NCBI RefSeq assembly: GCF_001194135.2
Contig: NC_068988.1
Span: forward strand, 69,618,331 to 69,682,330
DNA from: Octopus bimaculoides
Taxonomy: Eukaryota
DNA length: 64,000 bases
Reading direction: 5' to 3'
A model generated the notes under the pieces. It saw only the letters and a list, made by a program, of their open reading frames with translations. It had not been told where the DNA came from and ran no database searches. The translations under genes and the position numbers were made by a program. This document shows positions 48,540 to 60,807 of the stretch, one piece after another (the first letter of the stretch is position 1; each line of letters starts with the position of its first letter).

Positions 48540-48762
48540 ATGTATTTTTGTGTCTATGTTTGTCCCTACACTACTGCTTGACAGGCGGTGTTGGTGTGTT
48601 TACATCCCTGTACTTCTGTGGTTTGGCAAAAGGGACCAATAGAATAGGTACAAGGCTTAAAAAATATAAGTTCTTGGGTCAATTTATTCAACTAAAACCT
48701 TTCAAGATGGTGCTCCAACATTACCGCTGTCAAATGACTGAAACAAATAAAAGAGTAAAAGA
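48136..48762 (+). mobile_element. SINE family A full copy (48136-48505) plus a second tail-only copy (48520-48762)
   Basis: aggtgcaggagtggctgtgtggtaag...gactgaaacaagtaaaag, then (TA)n(TG)n and another tail. Confidence 0.88.
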
Positions 48763-50617
48763 ATCATGCTTAATTTGCACCCACTGTTGATAGGCCAGTT
48801 ACTGCAGCATTTATCCTGATATAACATCTCATATGAACTTGCTGTGTTCAAAACAATAAATATCAGAGCAAGAAGTAATTTTGTCTGAACATGGCCAGCA
48901 AGAATGCTAGATGCATTTTGGCCATGTTTTAGCAGTCATCCACAAGCTCAGATGACAATTAGTTATCCCAGCTATAGCAAAAAGTGAATAATACATTCAC
49001 TAATGTGACTGGCCACCCAGTTGATTAGAAGTTCAATATACACAATTGTGGTAGAATTTTAATAAAATAGCAAGCTATGTATCATACTTAATGTATACAC
49101 ACTATCTAGAGGCTAGTTTCTGCTGTATATGCCTTAAAATAACATCTCTAGTAGACTTGCTGTGTTAAAAGCATAATAGGTGTCAAAGAGAGATAAAAAA
49201 ATATCCAACCCAGTAGTATCCAGCAAGAGTGCCTGATGTATTTTGGCCTTGTATCCTGGATTTCTTATCAGTTGTGCTGCTATTCACAATATCAGTGAAA
49301 GCATTTTTCACTTTTTCCTATATCAGTGATGGTTCTCATCCAGTCATGTGACTAGCTGTGAGAACACATCATTGAAAATCCTCATGATTTTCTTCTTACT
49401 CAGTTTCCTTCCCCTTGGGTCACTTTGCACTTCTTTACCCATCTGTGATGATGCTTCATATGCAAATCATATACAGACCTAAGCAGTTTTTTTCATGCTC
49501 ATTACAGCTGATCCTTGTCATACCTAGTTTAACTCTCAGCTCATTTGTACCAAGTATTTTATACTTAAATTCATTACACATACACATATATGTGCATGTG
49601 TGTGTGTGTGTGTGTATGAAGTATGTATAAAGTATGTAAGTAATGATGTATAAATGACTTGTACACACATACATGCAGGTAAATACACACACCCATGCAT
49701 ACACACAAACACATACATACATACATTTATATATATATATATATANNNNNNNNNNNNNNNNNNNNNNNNNNNNNNNNNNNNNNNNNNNNNNNNNNNNNNN
49801 NNNNNNNNNNNNNNNNNNNNNNNNNNNNNNNNNNNNNNNNNNNNNNNNNNNNNNNNNNNNNNNNNNNNNNNNNNNNNNNNNNNNNNNNNNNNNNNNNNNN
49901 NNNNNNNNNNNNNNNNNNNNNNNNNNNNNNNNNNNNNNNNNNNNNNNNNNNNNNNNNNNNNNNNNNNNNNNNNNNNNNNNNNNNNNNNNNNNNNNNNNNN
50001 NNNNNNNNNNNNNNNNNNNNNNNNNNNNNNNNNNNNNNNNNNNNNNNNNNNNNNNNNNNNNNNNNNNNNNNNNNNNNNNNNNNNNNNNNNNNNNNNNNNN
50101 NNNNNNNNNNNNNNNNNNNNNNNNNNNNNNNNNNNNNNNNNNNNNNNNNNNNNNNNNNNNNNNNNNNNNNNNNNNNNNNNNNNNNNNNNNNNNNNNNNNN
50201 NNNNNNNNNNNNNNNNNNNNNNNNNNNNNNNNNNNNNNNNNNNNNNNNNNNNNNNNNNNNNNNNNNNNNNNNNNNNNNNNNNNNNNNNNNNNNNNNNNNN
50301 NNNNNNNNNNNNNNNNNNNNNNNNNNNNNNNNNNNNNNNNNNNNNNNNNNNNNNNNNNNNNNNNNNNNNNNNNNNNNNNNNNNNNNNNNNNNNNNNNNNN
50401 NNNNNNNNNNNNNNNNNNNNNNNNNNNNNNNNNNNNNNNNNNNNNNNNNNNNNNNNNNNNNNNNNNNNNNNNNNNNNNNNNNNNNNNNNNNNNNNNNNNN
50501 NNNNNNNNNNNNNNNNNNNNNNNNNNNNNNNNNNNNNNNNNNNNNNNNNNNNNNNNNNNNNNNNNNNNNNNNNNNNNNNNNNNNNNNNNNNNTATATATA
50601 TATATATATCTATATAT

Positions 50618-50776
50618 AGGAGTGGCTGTGTAGTAAGTAGCTTCCTTACCAACCACATGGCTCTGGGTTCAGTCCCACTGCATGGCATCTTGGGCAAGTG
50701 TCGTCTACTATAGCCTTGGGCCGACCAAAGCCTTGTGAGTGGATTTGGTAGACGGAAACTGAAAGAAGCCCATTGT
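50618..50776 (+). mobile_element. SINE family A head and body
   Basis: aggagtggctgtgtagtaag...ctgggttcagtccc...tcttgggcaagtg...ctgaaagaagccc. Confidence 0.88.
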
Positions 50777-51337
50777 ATACGTATATATATATATATATAT
50801 ATATAATCTCATCAGATTATTGGGAGAATAGCAATGCATGTAGAACAAATTCAGGATGGGTTCTTGATGTTAGGCTTTCATTGATCAGCTCAGGTCACAT
50901 GGTATAGATACTGTGGAAGCAATACCACTTAGGTGTACAATAAGCTGTACTATAGTGTATTCAGTGACATTAGTTCATTGTATTTAGTACCACACATGGT
51001 AAGGTGGAGTTCTGTCGTTCTGTGAAGTATTAACACATTAGCAGCAGTAGTCTCTATGCATGAGTAACTAGACCTAGGTGACCAAATAAGCAATGGAGGA
51101 AGCTGGTCTGAAAGTATATACAAAATGGTGATTGAGTAATCAGTTATGGTATTTAGATAAGTAGGAAAAGAGGGCAGTGTGGGGGAGGGATTGTAAATCA
51201 TCATGCCACAATGGATCTGTTGGTACTCACCCTGGTAAAATACCCAACTATATGCCTACATACAGTTATCTACAAACCTTCTTTCAAAATATCTACCCAA
51301 TGATATATAAATACTTGCACATATATAGACATGCACA

Positions 51338-51371
<34 letters not shown>

Positions 51372-52195
51372 CACATATATATATATATATATATATATTC
51401 ATACTTCTGCACTTAATATTATATATAGAGAGATAGATATATACAGATATATATGTGTGTGTGTGTGTGTACCCCTATATACATATATATATACATATAT
51501 ATGTATATATATACCTAAATACAAACTTACACGTTCACACACACACTTGTTAACACACATTGCCAACAGAGATTAGAATGTGAATATGGTATTACATACA
51601 CCCTAATGCACATGCTTGCACACACACACACATGCACGTACACACATATTCACATGCATGCACACACACACACACATACATATTCATTTCATACACTCAT
51701 GTTTTGTAACTCAGAGAGCTTTACTACAAACAAGGATTTTGAAACTCTATTGAAAACTATGATTGATAGCTGGAAGCCAGAGAATCTGGCACAAAACACA
51801 GAATACTTTGCTCATTCTTTTTTATCTCAAAACTATTGAAAAAAAACTGAGTTAAAAAAAAAAATTCGTTTTCATTTTTACGATTTGGCACCATAACTAA
51901 CATTTTTATTGTTATTCAAAAATCTTTCTAGATTTTATTTCTCTTTTACATTTTGTTTTTAACAGTTATCAATTTGTTCTAGATTAACATAGCCATTGAA
52001 AAAAAAAAGCTTCTTAATGGGAAAGAAATAATGTATTGCTGCTGCTTATGGCAATGATGATGGTGAAGGTTGAAGCATTGATGCCAGAGAATTTTTATCA
52101 TCATCGACATCTCCATCATTACCACCATCATCCTTCTCCTCATCCTCATGAATAATAATAATAATAAATAATAATAATGATAATATTAATGATAA

Positions 52196-52950
52196 TCCTT
52201 TCTACTGGAGGCACAAGGCCTGAAATTTGGGGCATGGAGACAAGTTGATTATGTCGACCCCAGTGTTTCACTGGTACGTACTTAATTTATCAACTCTGAA
52301 AGGATGAAAGAGAAAGTCAACCTCGGCTGAATTTGAACTTAGAATGTAGCAGCAGATGAAACACTGCTGAGCATTTTGCCCAGTGTGGTAACAATTCTGC
52401 CAGCTCACCGCCTTTCAATAATAATAATGATAGTAATTATTATTTCAAATTTTTTCCAAAAGGGTAGCTTGTGGGATGTGGGGATGAGTTGATTACTTTG
52501 ACCCCAGCATTCAACCAGTACTTATTTTATTGACCCTGAAAGGATGAAAAGCAAATTTGACCTTGGCAGAATTTGAACTCTGAACATAGCGACAGATGAA
52601 ATACCGCTAAGCATTTCATCCAGTGTGCTAATGATTCTATCAGCTCATGTTTAGGTATAACATCCTCATCATTACAACCATTGTCCTCCTTATGAATAAT
52701 AATAATAATAATAATAATAATAGTAATAATAATAATAATGATGATGACTTCAAATTTTGGCACAAGGTCAGCAATTTTGGGGGAAGGGATTAGTCGATTA
52801 TATTGCCCCCAGTGATCAACTGGTACTTATTTTTATCAACCACGAAAGAGAATGAAAGGCAAAGTCAACCTCAGCAGAATTTGACCTCAGAACATAAAAA
52901 CGGATGAAATGCCAAGCCTGGAGTGGTAATGATTCTGCCAGCTTGCCACC
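52196..52950 (-). mobile_element. Three SINE family B copies in tandem on the minus strand
   Basis: Units at about 52196-52396, 52445-52627 and 52750-52950, each with gaatttga(a/c)ct and gaaaggatgaaa-like cores, separated by (AAT)n. Confidence 0.85.
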
Positions 52951-52959
52951 AGTCCCAAA

Positions 52960-53290
52960 TGATGAAAAAATTAATATGGGAAGTGTAGAGAAAATAGCAA
53001 AGTACCAGGACCTAGCTATCGAATTACAGAGACAATGGAAAGGGTGGGTAAAATGTATGCCAATAGTTATAGGTACATTAGGAATTATCCCTAAAGATCC
53101 GAACAGATGGACAAAGGAAATAGGTATAAAACCCAGTTTAGTGCAGCTGCAGAAAACTGTTACTAGGGACAGCTAGGATACTTAGGAGGGTTCTTGGCAT
53201 CTAAGGCAACTTGTAGGCCAATGTTAGGATTCTTATCTTTTCCAACAGTCTAATCTGTTGAGTATATATGAATAATAATAATAATGATGA
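52960..53290 (+). mobile_element. R4-clade LINE 3' fragment with (AAT)n tail
   Basis: EKIAKYQDLAIELQRQWKGWVKCMPIVIGTLGIIPK...LQK.., then TARILRRVLGI* in a shifted frame. Confidence 0.8.
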
Positions 53291-53304
53291 TGATGATGAT
53301 TATG

Positions 53305-53490
53305 GTTTCAAATCTTGGCACAAGGCCAGCAGTTTTAAGGGAGGAGTAAGTTGTTACATCAATCCCATTGTTTAGCAGGTAGTTATTTTATTGACCCTGA
53401 AAGGATAAAAGATAGAATTTGAACTCAGGACATAAAGAGCCAGAAGAAATGCCACTATGCATTTGTTCTGAATTAGTAATGATTCTTACA
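53305..53490 (-). mobile_element. SINE family B, degenerate copy
   Basis: ggtttcaaatcttggcacaaggccagc...ttgaccctgaaaggat...gaatttgaactc. Confidence 0.7.
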
Positions 53491-53543
53491 CTTAATAATA
53501 ATAATAATAATAATAATAATGATTATGATAAGAAGAAATGCCT

Positions 53544-54490
53544 TGATGCAGTACCAGGCAGTGGCTCTCATGGCTTTTGATCTTAATTGATTGGAAGTGT
53601 TATCATGTATATCGTTTTGTCTTGGTATAAAAGATAGGCTATAGCAAATATTCTGCTCAATACCACAGATTTGTTTGTCAGTTGTTTGATCTTAACCAGT
53701 CGAGCATGTCCTTTGTGGCTGACGGTAAGTGCATCTCTGATCTCGAGTAGAAGTAGTGGGGGAGCATCATAGCCATGTGTTGAGAGGAATTCTTTGGGGT
53801 TTGCATAATTCACCATCCTTAAACAATCCTTATTGAGGGACCTTTTGGGTGGGATGGGCTACTCAACCTGAAAAAATTCTAACTGGGCCCCATCTGCAAG
53901 GTCATGCTCTGCTTTCTCACTCAATAATAATAATAATGAGGAGGAGGAGAAGAAGAAGAAGAATTCTGCTCAATACCTCAGGTTTGCTTGTTATGTACAT
54001 GTTTTGTCTTGATATGACAGTTGGGCAATAGCAAATATTCTGCTCAACAGCACAGATTTGCTTGACCGTAACCAGTTGAGCATGTCCCTTAGTGATTGAT
54101 GATATGTGCATCTCTGATCATAAACAGAAATAGTGGAGGAGCATCATAGTCATATGTTGAGAGGAATTCTTTGTGGTTTGAATAGTTCACCTCTAGAAAA
54201 ATGGATGTTTTGTTCATTATCCTTAAACAGACCTTACCCAGGTATCTTTTGAGTATGATGAGCTACTCGACCTGAAGAAAATTCTGATTGGGCCCCACCT
54301 GCAAGGTCGTGCTCAGTTTATCTTGATATGAGGTCACCATGTTGCGCACATATGCTTGTGATGCATGTGCTTGATGTATCCTTATCAGATGGGTAGTCAT
54401 ACAAATTGGGCTTCATATATTTATACCTCAGTGAAATTTTGATGGCATGCATTGCTCTTTCCCTCAATAATAATAATAATAATAATAATA
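53544..54490 (+). mobile_element. Two repeat family E copies (53544-53937 with deletions; about 53960-54490)
   Basis: Both share blocks with 10205-10669 and end in ctc(aat)n. The first includes a longer 5' end, tgatgcagtaccaggcagtggctctcatggc. Confidence 0.8.
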
Positions 54491-54599
54491 ATCCTTTCTA
54501 CTATAGGCACAAAGCCTGAAAATTTTAGGGAGGGTGCTAGTCGATTATATCAACCCCAATGCATAACTGGCACCTATTTCATCGACCCAAAAGGTAAAA

Positions 54600-55800
54600 T
54601 CCTTGTTTATTGATCATGCTTTAAGAACCCTGCATTGAACTTCTGCATTTCCATGCAGTGCTGATTTTTAAGGTGTTCTATTTTTACATTTGTTCCAGTC
54701 ATTTTCAGTCATGTTGGTTGTGGCCGAATCACTATTAGTATCACGTTCGTCCACAACTTGCCTAATTCCCACTTCAACTAATCACTTTTCCTTCTTTCTC
54801 TTTGATCCTGTTGTCACAGGGGCATGCTATTGTAGCATGGTTAGGACAAAGACATAGTGTCAGTTTAGATGCATTATCTATTGCTACATTATTACAAGGC
54901 TTCATTCAATACAGACAATCTTACATGAACATCGTGTTTTATAGGTGCCAGAGGTCTTCAACAGATGATTGATAATTAGGCTGATTCTTCCCATTGCTGT
55001 AATTACACATGACTGCATTACTTCTTCATCCATTACCTGGTTAGGTATAGAGATGGGAAAACAGCTATTAGGAGAATTGTGCTGGTTTGAGTATGAAGCT
55101 GTGCAAACAGTTATGAGAGAAAATTCACCCGAGATTAATTCAATGAAATCTGAATTCTCTCTGCTTTTTCATGCTAAAAGCTGCTACATTTAATGCCTTC
55201 ATTAATAGAAGGTACTAAAGATTGTTACATGAACAAGAATTTCTGATTGGCTGAAATGGGGTTTGCATGCATGATAAACTCACGATTCACATGTGATTGA
55301 AAATAGAGTTGAAAACTACTGCCATACTATGTCAATTATTGGGCATGTTTTTTATTTTTTATTTTCTGTTCAATAACTACAACAATGTCAGATTTCTGAT
55401 GTTTAATCTGATGGTCAAACTGGATCATTACATCCCTTAGGATTTCGCAGTCACCATTCTTAGTAACTCCTTCTGGGATTTGATCATACCACATCTGGTT
55501 CTTCTAGGTTTTAATTTCCACAGAGCTCCCAATGCATAATTTTTGCCAAGTATTGATGCTACACTGTTCAGAGAGATTATATCTTTTGTTTTTCTCCTTT
55601 TCCATCAAGGTTGTTTTATGGCCTTTTTTTTTCCATCAACATTGTTCTCATCGGTCTGTAATCCCATCCTTTCTGCAACAGTTCTACTTGCAGCCTTCAT
55701 TTGTTTGTGACATATTCTTTGTTTCAATGTATTTCAATACATTGTTGACTTTATTCGTTTTTTTATTTAGTCTTCATTGGTCAGCCTTCGAAGTTATTAA
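54600..55800 (-). mobile_element. R4-clade LINE 3' part (CCHC to RLE), split by a 496-bp insertion
   Basis: The reverse strand gives ..MHWELCGN..PEGVTKNGDCEIL..QKSDIVV..IID to about 55327 and resumes at ATAGCATGCCCCTGTGACAACAGGATC (IACPCDNRI) at 54830. Same family as 37550-38010. Confidence 0.7.
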
Positions 55801-55802
55801 AA

Positions 55803-55838
55803 ATTGAAACCCATCAGTGACTTTTGGGACACCCTGTA
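55803..55838. mobile_element. Solo Tc1/mariner-type terminus
   Basis: gtgacttttgggacaccctgta (reverse tacagggtgtcccaaaagtcac) is a typical TA-CAGGGTG terminus. No partner was found. Confidence 0.35.
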
Positions 55839-55869
55839 TCTTTCTCTCTCTCTCTCTCTCTATATATAT

Positions 55870-56100
55870 ATAGGTATGTGTTTGTGTGTGTGTGTGTCTT
55901 TGTGTTTGTCCCAAACACCGCTTAACAACCAGTGTTATTGTGCTTATGTCCCTATAACCTAGAAGTTCAGCAAAAGTGTCTGATAGAATAAGTATTAGGC
56001 TTTAATAAAATCCCTGGAGTTGATTTGTTTGATTAAACCCTTCAAGGTAGTGCCCCAGTATGGCCACAGTTAAATGAGTGAAACAAGTAAAAAAGATAAA
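55870..56100 (+). mobile_element. SINE family A tail
   Basis: (TG)n tttgtcccaaacaccgcttaacaacc...ggtagtgccccagtatggccacagttaaatgagtgaaacaagtaaaaaag. Confidence 0.75.
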
Positions 56101-57828
56101 ATATAGACACTGTAAGAAATTAGAAGTGGGTGTATGGTGTGTTAGAAAATTATGGAAGCTACTAATCAGAAGGGTGTAAAGTACATGGATCTAGTCTAAG
56201 CATGACATTTTGAGCTATGATAAAACCAGAATGTTTTAGAGAATTGATGAACACGAGCAGCAATAGCATTACTCTGGCAGGTCAATATGTAATAGAGATT
56301 ATGCATAAAGATTTCAATAGATTTTTTTACTGCATAAATTGCAAGGAGCTTGACCACCCTGATATGGCCTTCCAGTGTTAAGAATGGATCAGGAAATACT
56401 ATATGAATTATTATTATTCTTGGAAGGAATTAATACTTTTAGTAGAGGTAAATGAGCTAATGTCAGTTAAAACTCAACATTTAAAGCCTGTTGTTTCTTT
56501 AAAACTGTTCATTTATAGACTACATTATACCTTCAGCAGGGGCCATTCAGTTGCAGTCCTGCCTAACAAGCTTCCATGACCATTGATACTAGTATTTTTA
56601 TTCAGATAGCTATCACCAGCTAAACTATTTCCCGTGTGTTATTAGTGTTGCTGCCACTGTGGTTATCCATAATGTTAGTATTCACACGGCTAACATTATA
56701 ATCTAGGTTAATCAGTATCCCTAAGTCCCTATTATAGTTGCTATGATTGCTATGGTTTGTATTATAACTTGTAATATCATTTCTATGTCTGATGGGATTC
56801 ATAATGATGATATTATAATTGCTCTTTTCCAGTCAACTCCTCTCATCATTATTGCTTCTCAAGACAATTTTCATATAGATATTATTATCAGATAATAATA
56901 CAGATATTATTATAGTCATATAGATATTATTGTTATAGAGTCATCTCTTCACTGTGATTTCCATTGATACCCACATTTTCTCTGATATTGTTATACTTTG
57001 TTACCAATAATACTATTATTAATATTTTTATAATTATAATCATTACTCCCACTAGCAAATCTACCCATCTATGATGGAGACATAAAATGAGGGAGGGAAG
57101 TCATAACAGCAGTATGTATTAAGAAATATGTAAATGGACTTGATAGATTACTGGGTGATGTTCTAGAGTAATCTCATTATTGTTAGTGATACAGCATTCT
57201 ATTGCAGCTATATGTGTTTGAGACTAAGTGACATGTGATGACAATTCACTCCCAAACTGAACAAACTGAAATAGGCTCCCAGCCTCTGTATCATGAATGG
57301 TTATGTGGACCACTCTTGATGACAGTTAGAGCTTCTTTCGACTACTACATAAAAAGTATTAAGAGAAAAATGTTATTTAGCTATGCTTTTATTTTAGTTG
57401 TTTACACTATTTTATGATTGTTTATACTCTTGCACATTCAAAGTTCACAAATTTCCTTATTTAGATTATGAATCATATTCCTTTTCATTATATGTCAACA
57501 TAATTACAAAACTTCTTTGTAGACAATAATTTCTGTTTGGTCGACACTAATTTTCAAATTACTGGAGTGGGTAAAAACACACGTACACAATTTAAAATCT
57601 GGCCCTGATGCTTTGTTTGCTGTGAATGCGTGAGTGGAATCTTTAGGAATCTGCCCATCTATGATGGGAAATAAAGGGATAGTATTGCATATCTAAACCC
57701 TCTAAATTCATGAACTTTATGGGGGTGGGGAATCCAGAGTTAATCCTTGTTGCTGGAATTNNNNNNNNNNAATTTTAAAAAAAAAAAAAAAAAATCAAAG
57801 GTGATTCATTAGTACAAAACTTAATATT

Positions 57829-58355
57829 GGTAATTGTTCAGTTTAAGGGCTTAAAAAAAAGTTAATAAAAATTAAGGGTGAGTGGGTCTTCGGCAGAATA
57901 GAGAGGGTTTCTAAGAAATGTTTCTTAGTAGAAGCACCTGATCGTTCTGAGCAGACTTTGACAGCATTAATTCAGCAATGGATTCTGCCAGGGAGTCACA
58001 TAGTGAGTGATGGCATTTGACCATAATACTGGAATTTTAAATGGTGGTGCATGCACTCATGAGGTAATTGTGCATGAAGGAAATATCAGAAACATGTGGA
58101 TGCATGTTAAATGCAAATTATACCATCAATTTGGCACTTCAGAGGCTTTGTTTGTTTCATATTTGCACGAATTATGCCATATATGGCATAATTCAGTGAA
58201 GAAGAATAAAATATTTGTTCAGTTTGGATGCTGTATCAGCTGTGTATGCAGTATGATTTAAAAGTAAGTCGACTTACTTTCCTTTGTTTCTTTTATTAGT
58301 TATCTCCTCTTTAATTTTTATTTCCTTTTTTACAGCCATAAACTGAACAATTACC
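57829..58355 (+). mobile_element. Non-autonomous Merlin (IS1595/ISXO2-like DDE) transposon
   Basis: Perfect 17-bp TIRs ggtaattgttcagttta (57829-57845) and taaactgaacaattacc (58339-58355) with terminal GG. A 9-bp TSD cttaatatt / cttaatatc flanks them. Translation WVFGRIERVSKKCFLVEAPDRSEQTLTALIQQWILPGSHIVSDG...HEVIVHEG..NMWMHVKCKL..FGTSEALFVSYLHE. Confidence 0.9.
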
Positions 58356-59037
58356 CTTAATATCCACTGAATAATCATACTTTTAAACATTGTTTTCACT
58401 AAAAACCTTCCTGATTACCTCTTTCGTAATCCCCCAAAAAACATCATCGTGACCATTGGTCCAGCCCTTTGACCGTGAAGAGGGAACAGACAGATAGAGA
58501 GACATAATGCCCATTATAGTAAGATTAAGTTAGCTGCCATTGCCAATGTACCTTCTACTATTAGTATAGTTTCTATCAGTCATAGTTATTAAATTTTATT
58601 ATGGATAGGATTGTGTGAGTTATAACAGCTAAACTTACATGTGTTTGAAGATGTTATAATTAATCCCATATTAAATGTAACTAACTGGGAGAGTTTAATT
58701 GTGGACAGGTTAAATATAAAGTAATATTTATGCTGTGGAGGAAAATTTCATTTAATGATATTAAAAAACTGTTTAACAGTCCCTTAACATTTAAGCACAA
58801 TGGAGATGTATACTAGAACATGTGCTGCCTCTCGCTCTTGTTAGGAAAACTTAAGACTTTGAGATTAGGGTACCAGACATATAGTTTCCATGTCACGATC
58901 TTTCTTCATATATGCATTTACGTGTTTGGGCTAAAATGGAGATGGTACTATTAATGCACCCAGAGTGGGACATAGTGAGTGGGCAAGAGTTGCTGCTGTC
59001 AGCAGAGTAAGTGTGTGTATTAGAGTTAGGAGCACTA

Positions 59038-59127
59038 TGTAGATTTAAAGCTTGGTATGCAAGCATCTGTAGATTTAAAGCTTGGTATCCAAGCCTTTGT
59101 AGATTTAAAGCTTGATATCCAGTTGAG
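59038..59127. repeat. 30-bp minisatellite, 3 units
   Basis: tgtagatttaaagcttggtatgcaagcatc / ...ggtatccaagcctt / ...gatatccag, plus a degenerate fourth unit. Confidence 0.9.
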
Positions 59128-59534
59128 CTTAGATCTTAAGCTTAGTGTCAGGTAAAAATTTAATTTTGTCATAGAATCCACTGGTGAGCAGAGCTCCCTT
59201 GTAAAATGTAATGTGGTTGTTAAAAATTTCCTCATTTGCAGACAGGTTCCAAAATTCTAATAGAAATGCTGTTAACTCTACAATTTAGAATGGAGATAGG
59301 ACGGTGAGATTTAGAGTCTTCCAGGTACTCTAAAGATTGTCCAGCAGCACAAAAGAGTTTGTCATGACAAAAGAGAGTGCACCAAATTCTAGGAATATGT
59401 AAGTAATATTACTGAAGGAGATATAACTTACATGCTGTTTATGTATTCTTTTGATCCGTGTTGGGGTAATAAAAAACTCACTGAAGGCGTTATTATGATT
59501 CTACATGTTTATTTACTTGGCATGTTTACAAACA

Positions 59535-59568
<34 letters not shown>

Positions 59569-60807
59569 CGGAGTGATACACACTGTGTGTATCTGCCTTA
59601 GACACAGTTCATACTGCTTAGTAGATGTGCTTAACAAAATAGTACTACTAGCGGGGATGTATTCATATACACATATACCTACGCATACACATAGATATGA
59701 ACGCGTAATACATGCATATTTGTTTAACACCCATTTTATCTTACCAGCAAGCAATAGATAGGGAGTTATTTGAAGCACAAATTTTATTGCTTGATGCACG
59801 TCCTCTTAGCAACCCATCTCTGTTTTTCAAATAAGGGATTTTTCAACCCAGAGATCTTTGAAAAACTGATCACAATGTGAGCTACTAATTTCAACATCAT
59901 CATCATCATTTGGACAAGCATGGAATATCAGCATTCACACACACTTATGCTCACACACACATACATGTACATGTGCACACACGTGTAAATATACCTGCAC
60001 ATATATACTACATTCAGCTATCTAGAAATGGCTACAACCAAAGCTGAATGCCATAGATAGTGGTGGCGCTGGTGGTTATGACGATAAGGGTGTTGTAGTT
60101 GTTCTTGTTCTTGTTGCTGGTAGTGGTGCTGGTGAGGTGATGGTGATGATTTTCACAGTGATGTTGGTGGTACAAGTAATGATAACAATGGTGATGATGC
60201 GATAAAAGTGCTATGACAATCTTAAATCTCTGTATAATCAACTTCAATGTTTTCTGAACAACCATCATTTGGAAGATCATCATTATCACAATGAGCATGA
60301 TCATAAAACATCATGCTTTTGTTTGTTAAGCCATCTATTCACACACACACACACATGGGTGGATGGGTAATCGTATCAATATTTACTTCAGTATATAAAC
60401 TTGTGTTATCCTAGTTCATGTTAACCATGTGATATCATTGATGTAGTTTTTGTTGTTGTTGGTATTACTCCCCCCCCCCCCCCCACCACCACCACTCCCT
60501 TTCAACTTGCCTATACAATGTAAATATATTCCAAAATAATCAGAATATTTGCTCAGTGACCTAAACATATAAACCTCTTGCTCATCCCACCCAGATCTGT
60601 TGATGTTCCAGTATCTTCTTTCTCTGCAGCTATGTAAACTAATGAAATACTGAAGTAGGAAACTCACATGGTTATTCCACATGCATGAAATAGCAGTCAA
60701 ATCACACCTTGTTATCTTCACCTCCTGGTTCTAGGCTATTTTTTTACAAGAGTTGATATGTTACAAATATTGATAACGGTGAAGATGATGATGATGAGAT
60801 CTCAAGT

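Noticed and set aside
53544-53600. HDV-like ribozyme at the 5' end of family E
   Set aside because: I could not build the nested double pseudoknot (P1, P1.1, P3/L3, J4/2) by eye.
59240-59400. Plus-strand exon between tttgcag| and |gtaagt
   Set aside because: All three frames contain stop codons.
60032-60304. His/Thr-rich ORF (also the poly-I, poly-N, YI and CV repeat ORFs elsewhere)
   Set aside because: These are translations of trinucleotide and dinucleotide microsatellites.
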